DNA from: Calothrix sp. NIES-2100
Lineage (GTDB): Bacteria; Cyanobacteriota; Cyanobacteriia; Cyanobacteriales; Nostocaceae
Direction of reading: 5' to 3'
Length of the DNA: 31,141 bases
Assembly (NCBI GenBank): GCA_002368195.1
Contig: AP018178.1
Span: 5,050,145 to 5,081,285 of the forward strand
In this document: piece after piece, positions 1 through 8,387 of the stretch
How positions within the stretch are numbered: the first letter of the stretch is position 1
How the letters are laid out: the number at the start of each line of letters is the position of its first letter
Position numbers and translations under genes: made by a program
The notes under the pieces: generated by a model
Told to the model about the DNA's origin: nothing
The model's database searches: none
The model's input: only the letters and a program-made list of their open reading frames with translations

Positions 1-1605
1 TAGGGCAGATGCCGCAATTCTACGCACATCGGAGTCTTCATCTTCGAGGAATTGATTTAGATAAAGAATAGCTTTGTCCGATTTTGTTAAACCTAAAAGC
101 CGGATTTTAAATAACAGAGGAATTTCTAACTCAGCAACTAAATTAACTGTCTGCTGCTGTAATTCTGACTTTACTGCACATGCTAACCTTGCCCCTAATT
201 GCCAATCTACCTCTAAGGCTAACTTCACCACTCGCAAAGCCTGCACTTCATTATCCAGCAATTCCAGCATCAATACTAGGGGTTCTGTCCATTTCAAATA
301 ATTCAAATACTCTAGCTTGAGACAGTCATCGCTAAGGTTTGGTAACTGCTTGAGCAAGCATTCGGCGGTGTAATATTCCTGAATTAGTTGGTGGCGAAAT
401 TCAATTTGGTTATTTGCACCAAGTTGAATTAAATGATGGTTGAGTAAATCTTGCAACCATTCTAATGCTCTGTCACGGGGTCGATCAAATTTCTCAGCTT
501 GCAAAAACTGCGTTAAAACTTCTTCTGCTTCTGACCTGGGTATGGCAACATTTAAGTCTATCAGCTTATCCCCTTTGCTCATGTGGAAAGCCAGATGTTT
601 TAATAACGGAAACCACCACCGCCGAGACTCATCTGTAACTGGGATATCTTGGCGGAATTGACGCTCATAGCTTTGGGTAAACTGGCGAAACACTAAACCC
701 AAGTTCGGCGGTATGTCACCTGTGGCGTTAAATAATGAACAAAGCATCATCAGCAGCAGTGGCGTTTCTCCAAACTCCCGCAACCTGTCGCCTAACTTCT
801 GCAACATCTGCTCTCCCTGTTCTGGGAGATAGGCGCGGACAAACTGCTGCATTTGTTCTGCTGTCAGGGGTTGCATTTCCAGCTTCTTGGTAATGCCCAA
901 ATCGCCCCCCACGCCTAAATCCCGCGTGGTGAATATCATCGGCGTGGTTTTTTGGTAGTCTTGCCGGAATTTATACAAGTCTTGTCGCGCTGCTTCTGAG
1001 GGCAATTCGTTGATACCATCGACTAACAGCAGTAAGTCGCCAGCAAATAGCAGTTGTTCTATGGTTGTAGTATCCAGCAGTAGGCGATGGCGTTTGCAAA
1101 AGTCTCGAATTAAATCCAGTATGGAAGTCTGGTAATAGCGTAACTCTACCAGCACAGGGATGGGTGAGTCCGCCAGGGAATTAATTCCCTGGCTCATAGG
1201 TGAAGTCCGTTGAAACGGACTGATAGCAGGAGATTCAGTTGTCTTGAGACGACTTTCGCTATTAGCCGGGAAATTCATTTCTCGGCAGGCTTGGGACTCT
1301 TCGAGCAATAACCGCGCTAAGGCTGTGGATTTCCCGGAACCAGGACGCCCTACTAGTAATACGTGTTCTTTAGCATACTTCCGCAAGCCTTCCAGCACAT
1401 CCAATCGCTCGGTTTTCTCCTGTGCTGCGTTGGGTTCTCCCTTGGCTGGCTTGAGAGTCTCCACTATAAAATCTAGCAGAAAGGGCGATCGCTTTTGTTC
1501 AACTCGCTGGTGTCCAATTACATCTGTCAGCGTGTAAGCATTCAACCATTGTACGTATTTATCATCATTGCAGAGCGATTCTAAATAGCCAGTCCAGTCA
1601 ACCAT
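1..1605 (-). CDS. NACHT-family P-loop NTPase with C-terminal HEAT-like repeats. The N-terminus lies in the window; the C-terminus runs off the left edge.
   Basis: I translated the minus strand by hand from the ATG at 1605: MVDWTGYLESL.... It contains a Walker A (GRPGSGKST), a NACHT-type Walker B (LLLLVDGINELP) and a downstream TTR sensor motif (IFTTRDLG). HEAT/PBS-lyase-like repeats follow (e.g. EDEDSDVRRIAASAL) near position 1. There is no stop in the window, so the provided ORF track does not list it; the plus-strand ORFs at 74-1537 are antisense artefacts. Confidence 0.7.
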   Translation of the reverse strand, partial: MVDWTGYLESLCNDDKYVQWLNAYTLTDVIGHQRVEQKRSPFLLDFIVETLKPAKGEPNAAQEKTERLDVLEGLRKYAKEHVLLVGRPGSGKSTALARLLLEESQACREMNFPANSESRLKTTESPAISPFQRTSPMSQGINSLADSPIPVLVELRYYQTSILDLIRDFCKRHRLLLDTTTIEQLLFAGDLLLLVDGINELPSEAARQDLYKFRQDYQKTTPMIFTTRDLGVGGDLGITKKLEMQPLTAEQMQQFVRAYLPEQGEQMLQKLGDRLREFGETPLLLMMLCSLFNATGDIPPNLGLVFRQFTQSYERQFRQDIPVTDESRRWWFPLLKHLAFHMSKGDKLIDLNVAIPRSEAEEVLTQFLQAEKFDRPRDRALEWLQDLLNHHLIQLGANNQIEFRHQLIQEYYTAECLLKQLPNLSDDCLKLEYLNYLKWTEPLVLMLELLDNEVQALRVVKLALEVDWQLGARLACAVKSELQQQTVNLVAELEIPLLFKIRLLGLTKSDKAILYLNQFLEDEDSDVRRIAASAL

Positions 1606-1989
1606 AGGGCGGGACAATATGGGGTGGTTGGGTAGAGAGTAAGCGGTGGTGATTGCTGATTGGTAAGGAAAACGCAGCTTATTATAAGTTTAGCGTCGCA
1701 GATTATGTTGTTGAGGGTGCGTGACGGCGTTTTGCTTGAGGTAGCGTAAAATTTCGTGAAGGGGATAATAAAATATTAGTTATAGCGGTTATCGGTTGAG
1801 TCCACACAATCTTAAGGGCACGGCAGTGCCGATGCCCCTACAGGGGACGATATAATTTTGGATTGTATGCAAGTGAGAACGGCTATATTTGGTGAGTGGG
1901 GGGATGGCGGAGAAAGATTTTTGGTGAAGCAGATTTGCGATCGCATCCTTGCCCCTATAATTGCGGTATTTTTGTAATTGAATGTCTCT

Positions 1990-2289
1990 AATGAGGCTTT
2001 GAACTCCATTAATGAGGCTTTGAACTTCATTAATGAGGCTTTGAACTCCGTTAATGAGGCTTTGAACTCCGTTAATGAGGCTTTGAACTCCGTTAATGAG
2101 GCTTTGAACTCCATTAATGAGGCTTTTAGCTTCGTGAATGAAGCTTTTAGCTTCGTGAATGAGGCTTTGAACTCCATTAATGAGGCTTTGAACTCCGTGA
2201 ATGAGGCTTTGAACTCCGTGAATGAGGCTTTTAGCTCCATTAATGAGGCTTTGAACTCCATTAATGAGGCTTTTAGCTCCGTGAACCAG
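1990..2289. repeat. 21-bp tandem repeat with about 14 copies. The unit is TAATGAGGCTTTGAACTCCAT with point variants.
   Basis: Direct inspection shows a head-to-tail 21-mer array. Both strands are open across it: plus reads as NEALNSI heptads, minus as EFKASLM heptads. Confidence 0.9.
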
Positions 2290-2396
2290 TATTAAATACT
2301 CAACCAGAATTAATTACACAATGTCATTGCGAGTGAAGCGATCGCAATGACTGTAAATATTTTGGCTCATCTAGGGACTTACAAAAAATAAATTAC

Positions 2397-2551
2397 CCAT
2401 ATAGCGCAATACGGTTCAGTTAAGATCCCCCCGCCTGCGGCGACCCCCTTAAAAAGGGGGTAAAAGAGGGTTATTAGCCCCCCTTTTTAAGGGGGGTTGG
2501 GGGGATCTTCAGAAGATTAAAACGTTAACTGAACCGTATTGCCATATAGCG
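2397..2551. mobile_element. MITE-like element: 17-bp terminal inverted repeats (CAATACGGTTCAGTTAA / TTAACTGAACCGTATTG) around a palindromic GC-rich core, flanked by a perfect 10-bp direct repeat CCATATAGCG
   Basis: Left direct repeat at 2397-2406 and right at 2542-2551. The TIRs lie at 2407-2423 and 2525-2541. The interior carries nested palindromes (CCCCCTTAAAAAGGGGG and CCCCCCTTTTTAAGGGGGG). Confidence 0.7.
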
Positions 2552-2940
2552 ATTCTCAGTTGGATGCAATACAAAATTATATCGTGGCGGGTAGGGGCAC
2601 GGCACTGCCGTGCCCTCAAGAGTGTATTAGACTCAACCGAAAACCGCTATATTCCGTAGTGCGAGCATCTTGCTCGCTTTTGAACACCAGCGAGCGAGAC
2701 GTTTGTCCTTCCCTGCGGGAGGCTGCGCCCTAAGCGTAGCTATGCCGCAGGCTTTACGGACACGCTACGTCAGACATCGCTCCGAAGATTTGGAAATAGG
2801 GTAGTCTCAATGCAAATGGGCTGATAGCATTGGGCATTGAAAATAAAAGTGCGATCGCTTACTTCTTTATCGATAAAATATGGCCACTTCCGGCTAGGTC
2901 TTGTATCGTAAAAGGTAATGGCAATTACAGATATAAAAAT

Positions 2941-3147
2941 ATGGATAGTAGACAACTGGCTCGATACATGGAAGCTACGGATGGTATCGCTAAACCTTGG
3001 TTATTAGTGCAACTTCGCCTCAAGAAACTCCAAGAACGTCAAGCCTTGATTCCTGAAGATGACTATGCTGAGGAATTACAAGATATTTTCCAAGACTTGA
3101 TGAATTTGGGCGAATGGTGGCGCGGTATTGAAGATGAGGTATTTTGA
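2941..3147 (+). CDS. Small hypothetical protein, 68 aa (MDSRQLARYMEATDG...EWWRGIEDEVF)
   Basis: Internal ATG of the 2830-3147 ORF. The upstream part of that ORF overlaps repeat DNA. The product is acidic and helical-looking. No family recognised. Confidence 0.35.
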   Translation: MDSRQLARYMEATDGIAKPWLLVQLRLKKLQERQALIPEDDYAEELQDIFQDLMNLGEWWRGIEDEVF

Positions 3148-3289
3148 TTAGTTGATAGTCAAGATAACCGAGAGTTAGCAGTTGAGTGTACTCCTTGAGA
3201 GATGTTGTACACGCGATCGCACTTCCAGTTAATTTAATCATCTCTCAGTGATCCTCCCTGGCTTACCTTTTATCAGGCTAGCAAGGGGG

Positions 3290-3470
3290 GATCAATTGTG
3301 AGTAGGGGTTAGGGGGGATGAGGGGTATGAGGGGGATGAGGGAAGGGGGACAAATGACTATTGACTATTGACCATTGACCATTGACTATTGACCATTGAC
3401 CATTGACCATTGACCATTGACAAATGACCAATGACAAATGACAAATGACAAATGCCACCTGATATAATCT
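3290..3470. repeat. STRR block of tandem heptanucleotide repeats (GGGGATGA/GGGGTAT type, then CCATTGA / CTATTGA / CAAATGA units)
   Basis: Visible 7-nt periodicity. This is typical of Nostocales STRR sequences. Confidence 0.85.
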
Positions 3471-3495
3471 CATCAAAAGACTCGCAGAAATATAA

Positions 3496-5127
3496 ATGGA
3501 TTGGATTACCTTACTGCGATCGCTACAGTCTGATTTTATTAAGAGGTTAACGTCTGGTTGTCTGCTTCATTGTGAAACAGAAGGGCAATATAGTGAATTA
3601 ACTATAATCTCTGGCGAAAGGTTAAAAGCACTACGGGACTTTTGCTGGCAGATGGCAGAAAAATATAAACGTACTTCGCCTGTGCGTGATGTTTTTATTA
3701 ATAATTTAAAGGGCAAACTCGGTGAGGAGGTTGTTAAGGAACGGTTAGCTGATTTTATTACCGAAGTAGATTATGAAAAACGCTTCGGTGGTGATGGTAA
3801 AATTGATTTTACTCTGACTTCTGACCCAGCGATTGGGGTTGAGGTGAAATCTCGCCACGGCAGTATTGATAAGGTGAGATGGTCTGTGAGTTCGGAAGAA
3901 GTGGAAAAAAATGCAGTTGTTGTCTGTATTTTAATCCAAGAAGAGGTGCATGAAGCCCAACCGGAATATCATCTTTTCTTGGCTGGCTTTCTACCGACGC
4001 AAATGATTAAACTCAAAAGGGGGAAAATTTCTTTTGGGATTAATCAATTACTTTATGGTGGTGGTTTGTGGAGTTATTTAGAACAGTTACAAGCTGAGAA
4101 ACCGATTGAGAAACCATCGGCAATTGATAATTACAATCATCAGCGAGTTACACCAAGTCATCAAAATAATCATCAAATAACTAAGCTTTTAGCATCTCCG
4201 AAAAAAGCAGATGTTTTTTTAGAACAAGAGCCTAATTTAAATTTATTGTATGTCAACTTAGGTGATAAATCTTTTGAGCAAGGCGAGTCGGATACAGCGA
4301 TTACCAACTACAACCAAGCCTTGCAACTTGATCCTGATAATGCGGAAGTGTATTACAAACGGGGTATGGTGCGCTATCACCTGGGGGATTACGAAAGTGC
4401 GATCGCAGATTATACTCAGGTTATCCAAATTAATCTAAATCACCCTAAAGCTTATCATCAGCGTGGTTTAGCTCGTTATCAGCTAGGAGATTATCATTCA
4501 GCCATTGATGATTATACTCAAGCTATCAGAATTAATCCTCATGTTGCCCTGACTTATAGAAACCGTGCTGATGCTCGTTCCCATATTGGCGATCATCAAG
4601 GTGCAATTGAAGATTATACTCAGGCTATCAAAATTAATCCCCATTATGCCATTACTGACAAAAATAGCAGTATTTCTCGTTATCTGCTTATAGAACAACA
4701 ACAATTTACCCAAGCAATCAAGATTAATCCCCATGATGCTGTTGCTTATTATAATCGTGCTAAAGCCCGTGCTGATTTAGGAGATTATGAGGGGACAATT
4801 GCCGATTATACGCAAGCAATTAAGATTAATCCTCGCTATGCCGATGCTTATTATAGCCGTGGTAATGCTCATTTTGACTTAGGCGATTATCACAGTGCCA
4901 TGAAGGATTTTACTCAAGTAATTAAGATGAATTCTAATTATGTAGATGCCTATTATAACCGTGGTCATGCTCGTTTTGGGCTAGGAGATAAGCAAGGCGC
5001 ACTAGAAGATTTTCAAAAAGCCGCACACATTTATTGGCAAGAAGGAAAGATAGCCGAACACAACGATACAAGGGAAAAAATTTTAGATTTAGAAATTGAA
5101 CAATCTTTAGATATTTTAAATTTTTAG
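3496..5127 (+). CDS. Mrr-type restriction endonuclease-like (PD-(D/E)xK) N-terminal domain fused to about nine TPR repeats
   Basis: The N-terminal roughly 200 aa contain GGDGKIDFTL...IGVEVKSR, matching the Mrr_cat signature GDGGID...vQcK (D ... E-x-K). From about aa 250 there are tandem 34-aa TPRs (xxDYTQAIKINPxYAxAYYNRGxAxxxLGDYxxAI). Confidence 0.75.
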   Translation: MDWITLLRSLQSDFIKRLTSGCLLHCETEGQYSELTIISGERLKALRDFCWQMAEKYKRTSPVRDVFINNLKGKLGEEVVKERLADFITEVDYEKRFGGDGKIDFTLTSDPAIGVEVKSRHGSIDKVRWSVSSEEVEKNAVVVCILIQEEVHEAQPEYHLFLAGFLPTQMIKLKRGKISFGINQLLYGGGLWSYLEQLQAEKPIEKPSAIDNYNHQRVTPSHQNNHQITKLLASPKKADVFLEQEPNLNLLYVNLGDKSFEQGESDTAITNYNQALQLDPDNAEVYYKRGMVRYHLGDYESAIADYTQVIQINLNHPKAYHQRGLARYQLGDYHSAIDDYTQAIRINPHVALTYRNRADARSHIGDHQGAIEDYTQAIKINPHYAITDKNSSISRYLLIEQQQFTQAIKINPHDAVAYYNRAKARADLGDYEGTIADYTQAIKINPRYADAYYSRGNAHFDLGDYHSAMKDFTQVIKMNSNYVDAYYNRGHARFGLGDKQGALEDFQKAAHIYWQEGKIAEHNDTREKILDLEIEQSLDILNF

Positions 5128-5298
5128 TAGCTGAAGAAATTCGTAGTCAGGACTTGAGTGTTGTATTTTCAGCACCGAAGTGCTGACTACAAAACTTTTA
5201 CCCTGTTTTTGAGCGATCGCTTTTTTTATAGACACTCAGCATTATTTGCTACTAAAATTGAATTAAAAGTTAAGTATTTATCTTTAAATAGGTGGTTG

Positions 5299-5871
5299 AT
5301 GATGATTTTAGGTTTCAAATATTTCACTGCTGCTTGTACCGCACTTTTGCTAGCCAGCACTAACAGTTTACCGGATGCAGCTATAGCATCTGTAAACAAT
5401 CAAGGTCAAAAAATTGCCCAAAGCCAAGTTCAAACAAGTACTACTGAACCCAATCTAGTTTTTAGACCGATTCTTGCTAAATTAAAGCAAAAAAGCCGAA
5501 TTCGGATTTTATTACCAAAGTTTGTTCCTGAGTCGGATGGAGAAAACAAAGTTTACGCAATTGTAGAAAACGCTACTCTAAAAAAATACGAAATATTACT
5601 AGGTTTTAGTCCCGATTGTACTGGGGGAACTGCTTGCCGTTTAGGTATTGTCACGGCGGAAGCTGTAACACGTAAAACACCTCGCCTAACTGGGAAACCT
5701 GTTACGTTAGCCAAAGGAATCAGAGGCTATTTTGTTGATGCTACTTGTGGTGCTAATTGCTCAGATTCTACCTTGACTTGGCGGGAACGGGGAGTGCAAT
5801 ATACTGTGGGAATAAAAGCAGGCGATCGCGCTTCGTTGATCAAAATGGCTAATTCTGCAATTAATCCCTAG
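5299..5871 (+). CDS. Secreted or periplasmic hypothetical protein of about 190 aa, with an N-terminal signal peptide and Cys residues in the mature part
   Basis: Internal start MMILGFKYFTAACTALLLASTNSLPDAAIA (hydrophobic core followed by A-x-A). No recognisable domain. It lies between two nuclease-like genes on the same strand. Confidence 0.55.
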   Translation: MMILGFKYFTAACTALLLASTNSLPDAAIASVNNQGQKIAQSQVQTSTTEPNLVFRPILAKLKQKSRIRILLPKFVPESDGENKVYAIVENATLKKYEILLGFSPDCTGGTACRLGIVTAEAVTRKTPRLTGKPVTLAKGIRGYFVDATCGANCSDSTLTWRERGVQYTVGIKAGDRASLIKMANSAINP

Positions 5872-5949
5872 AGTATCGATGCAGTTGTGCAGTGGCTTGT
5901 TGGTGTAGATTTTAAGGAGATAGGAAGGCGATATAGAAGGCAAAAAATT

Positions 5950-6576
5950 ATGATTCAAGCCTTACGGAAGCTAGTAACATTTGATGAATTTATCGCTTGG
6001 TATCCAGAAAACTCCCAACAACGCTATGAACTGCATGATGGAGTAATTGTTGCAATGTCCCCACCTACAGGCGATCATGAAGAAATTATCGGTTTTTTAG
6101 TTGGAGAAATCGTTGCAGAATATAAACGTTTGAAACTACCTTACTTTCTTCCCAAAACAGCATTCATCAAACCATTAGAAGGTGATTCTGCTTATTCACC
6201 TGATGTGTTGCTATTAAATCAGCCTAATTTAGTGAATGAACCGCGATGGAAAAAAGAATCAACTGTTAGCCAAGCTGAATCAATTCCCTTGGTAATTGAG
6301 GTGGTGAGTACAAACTGGAGAGATGATTATTTAAAAAAAGCGGCTGACTATGAGGCGGTAGGTATCCCCGAATACTGGATTGTCGATTATGCAGCGTTAG
6401 GTGGTAGGCGGTTTATCGGTAACCCCAAACAACCGACTATCTCAGTTTATTCGTTAGTTGAGGGGGAATACCAAGTTCAGCAGTTTTTACAAGGAGAACG
6501 GATCATCTCACAAGTTTTCCCCGAATTAAATTTGTCTGCTGAACAAATTTTTCAAATTGGCGGTTTACCAAGCTAG
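5950..6576 (+). CDS. Uma2-family (DUF820) putative restriction-endonuclease-like protein
   Basis: MIQALRKL...FDEFIAWYPENSQQRYELHDGVIV.M...IEVVS....D...K..Y...GIPEYWIVD is the canonical Uma2 layout. The start is taken at the internal ATG, 21 codons into the ORF. Confidence 0.8.
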   Translation: MIQALRKLVTFDEFIAWYPENSQQRYELHDGVIVAMSPPTGDHEEIIGFLVGEIVAEYKRLKLPYFLPKTAFIKPLEGDSAYSPDVLLLNQPNLVNEPRWKKESTVSQAESIPLVIEVVSTNWRDDYLKKAADYEAVGIPEYWIVDYAALGGRRFIGNPKQPTISVYSLVEGEYQVQQFLQGERIISQVFPELNLSAEQIFQIGGLPS

Positions 6577-6824
6577 TACCGCAATTCAATAGTCTGTAGG
6601 GGCGGGTTCTGTGAGATATGTATCGAGAAAACAGATATGTTGGTTAAACACACCCTTACTTTAGGAGATTTTCAGAAAAAATTGTCCCAATTGTGATTGT
6701 GCCCTTACACTGCGCACCCTTAGACACCGCACCCTTCGACTTCGCTCAGGGTGCGGTGTTGGCTGAGCGAAGTCGAAGGCTAAGGGAACTCCAAAAAATA
6801 AATTATGCCAAATTGTAGGGGCGG

Positions 6825-7042
6825 GGTTACCCATTGGTGTCAACTTAAGTCAAAACGCTTATTCCACAGGCATTTTACCCCACCCCTCAATCCCCTCCCC
6901 GTTTACGGGGAGGGGACGTTTTGCGTCAGCAAAACTGGGGTGGGGTAGCGCGGATCTTGGTGGTACGTGATTTTGTATCAAATCATATCCAGGCAAGGGT
7001 TTCACGTTAAGTTGACACCAATGGGGGTTACCCCGCCCCTAC
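6825..7042. mobile_element. MITE-like element with about 34-bp imperfect TIRs (GTAGGGGCGGGGTTACCCATTGGTGTCAACTTAA ... TTAAGTTGACACCAATGGGGGTTACCCCGCCCCTAC)
   Basis: The inverted repeats are seen directly. The interior has G-rich palindromes (GGGGAGGGGACG...). The same TIR core (TGTCAACTTAA) recurs at about 16100 and at 17526-17726. Confidence 0.7.
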
Positions 7043-7242
7043 GAGTTGCGGGTTTGGTAAGTTAATGATTGGAATATTTTTTTATTTGGAAGTCCCTAAG
7101 CGAAGTCGTTGGCTGAGCGAAGTCGAAGCCAACACCCGGCTGGTAGATTATTTTTCAAAAATCGCCTTATCATTCAAGACAGTCGCTACGCACTTTATTC
7201 CCATGCATAATTCAGGACTGAAGTCCTGACTACAATAAATTA

Positions 7243-7278
7243 AACCCCTCTTCGTGTGCGAGGAGGGGTTTAACTTTA
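7243..7278 (-). terminator. Hairpin (AAACCCCTC-loop-GAGGGGTTT) just 3' of the PRC-barrel gene
   Basis: Perfect 9-bp stem. The trailing sequence is AT-rich rather than a clean U-run. Confidence 0.4.
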
Positions 7279-7347
7279 AACTTAATTACGAATTACGTTA
7301 GCGAAGCGGTAGCGAGGACCGAGCGTCATTACAAATTACGAATTATT

Positions 7348-8328
7348 TTAATATCCTTCTTCTTCGTATTCTGGCTGTTTCTCTTTGACTTTCTTAGGAA
7401 TATTCACAGGCTGTGGTTCATCTTCCCAAGCATCGCCTTCTACGTCATCGTAATTGTCGTATTCATCGACGTATGGCTTTTTGTAGGGTTGCGCTTCAAA
7501 TTTAACAGGCTGTTGATACCTGTCTTTGTCTGTCGCCTCACTCCAGTTGTCTTCTTCTTCGTCTTCTTCGTATTGAATTGATTCGTACTGACGCGCTTGC
7601 ATGACTTGGCGCTGGGGTCTTTCTTCTTCTACATAGTCTTCATCCCATTCTTCCCGCGCTACGGGTTCGGGGGCGCGGACTTTGGGCTTGGGTGGCTGTA
7701 ATGGTACACCACTTGGGAGTTGATTTCCTGGGGCGACGGTACGAGGTGCGGCGTAGTATTCTTCATCAGCATCTCTTTCCCAAGGTGGTTTACCAATACC
7801 GAGACGTTCTAGGACTCCAACTGTCAATTGATTGGTTCTTTCTTCAGCGCCTTCAAAAACAATCAATCGACTGGGGCCTGTGCTGACGATTTCCTCGATT
7901 GAAAGTTCGTAAGTACTTAGCACTTGCTCAGGAATTTGTGGTAATCCCAAAGAAGCGATGACTATGGAGTGGAGTTTGCCATTTTCACCATTGAATTTAA
8001 AGCCCCGCACTCTTCCTAGTACTTCACCGGTTTCTGTAATTACTTCCCAGTTAATCAGGTTGCTTAAGGTTTCAACTTCAATATCTTCGATTACGTCCTC
8101 GTTATCTACCAGGATGACATCCCCAATCTGGCTGATACTGCTCAGATACATATTGCGTGGTATACCAGAAATAGAGATCAGGCTGTCTCTCAAGCCAAGA
8201 GCCACAACCTCTCGTTGGTCAATATCCACCCAAACTTGACTAACGATACCTACTCGCTTACCGTTGTCGCGGGTAATCACCTGGGTATTTAATATGTCGG
8301 AACGCCTAATTATCTGTTCAGAGGTCAT
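7348..8328 (-). CDS. PRC-barrel domain protein with two PRC barrels and a Pro/acidic-rich C-terminal tail
   Basis: The N-terminus VITRDNGKRVGIVSQVWVDIDQREVVALGLRD is typical of PRC-barrel proteins. It lies immediately downstream of smc on the same strand. Confidence 0.8.
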   Translation of the reverse strand: MTSEQIIRRSDILNTQVITRDNGKRVGIVSQVWVDIDQREVVALGLRDSLISISGIPRNMYLSSISQIGDVILVDNEDVIEDIEVETLSNLINWEVITETGEVLGRVRGFKFNGENGKLHSIVIASLGLPQIPEQVLSTYELSIEEIVSTGPSRLIVFEGAEERTNQLTVGVLERLGIGKPPWERDADEEYYAAPRTVAPGNQLPSGVPLQPPKPKVRAPEPVAREEWDEDYVEEERPQRQVMQARQYESIQYEEDEEEDNWSEATDKDRYQQPVKFEAQPYKKPYVDEYDNYDDVEGDAWEDEPQPVNIPKKVKEKQPEYEEEGY

Positions 8329-8387
8329 TCTAATACCGAGTCCTGATCTCGAATCCGGTTAATCTATACACTATTATTAACAAAAAC

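Noticed and set aside
74-1537. Plus-strand ORFs of 73-97 aa from the track (74-301, 440-661, 1244-1537)
   Set aside because: They are antisense to the hand-translated minus-strand NACHT NTPase, which has clear Walker A/B motifs. Their products are low-complexity and are shadows of the real gene.
1990-2289. Possibility that the regular repeat arrays are CRISPR
   Set aside because: The units are contiguous head-to-tail with no unique spacers, and there are no cas genes in the window. These are tandem minisatellites, not CRISPR.
1812-2295. ORFs 1812-2261 (minus) and 1978-2295 (plus) called across the 21-bp tandem array
   Set aside because: Both strands are open simply because a 21-nt repeat without stop codons stays in frame. 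I cannot decide coding from sequence alone, so I report it as a repeat and raise the coding possibility only as a finding.
8340-8370. ...CTCGAATCCGG... resembling a tRNA T-arm
   Set aside because: No acceptor or anticodon stem can be built around it. It is an isolated motif in the smc/PRC-barrel intergenic region.
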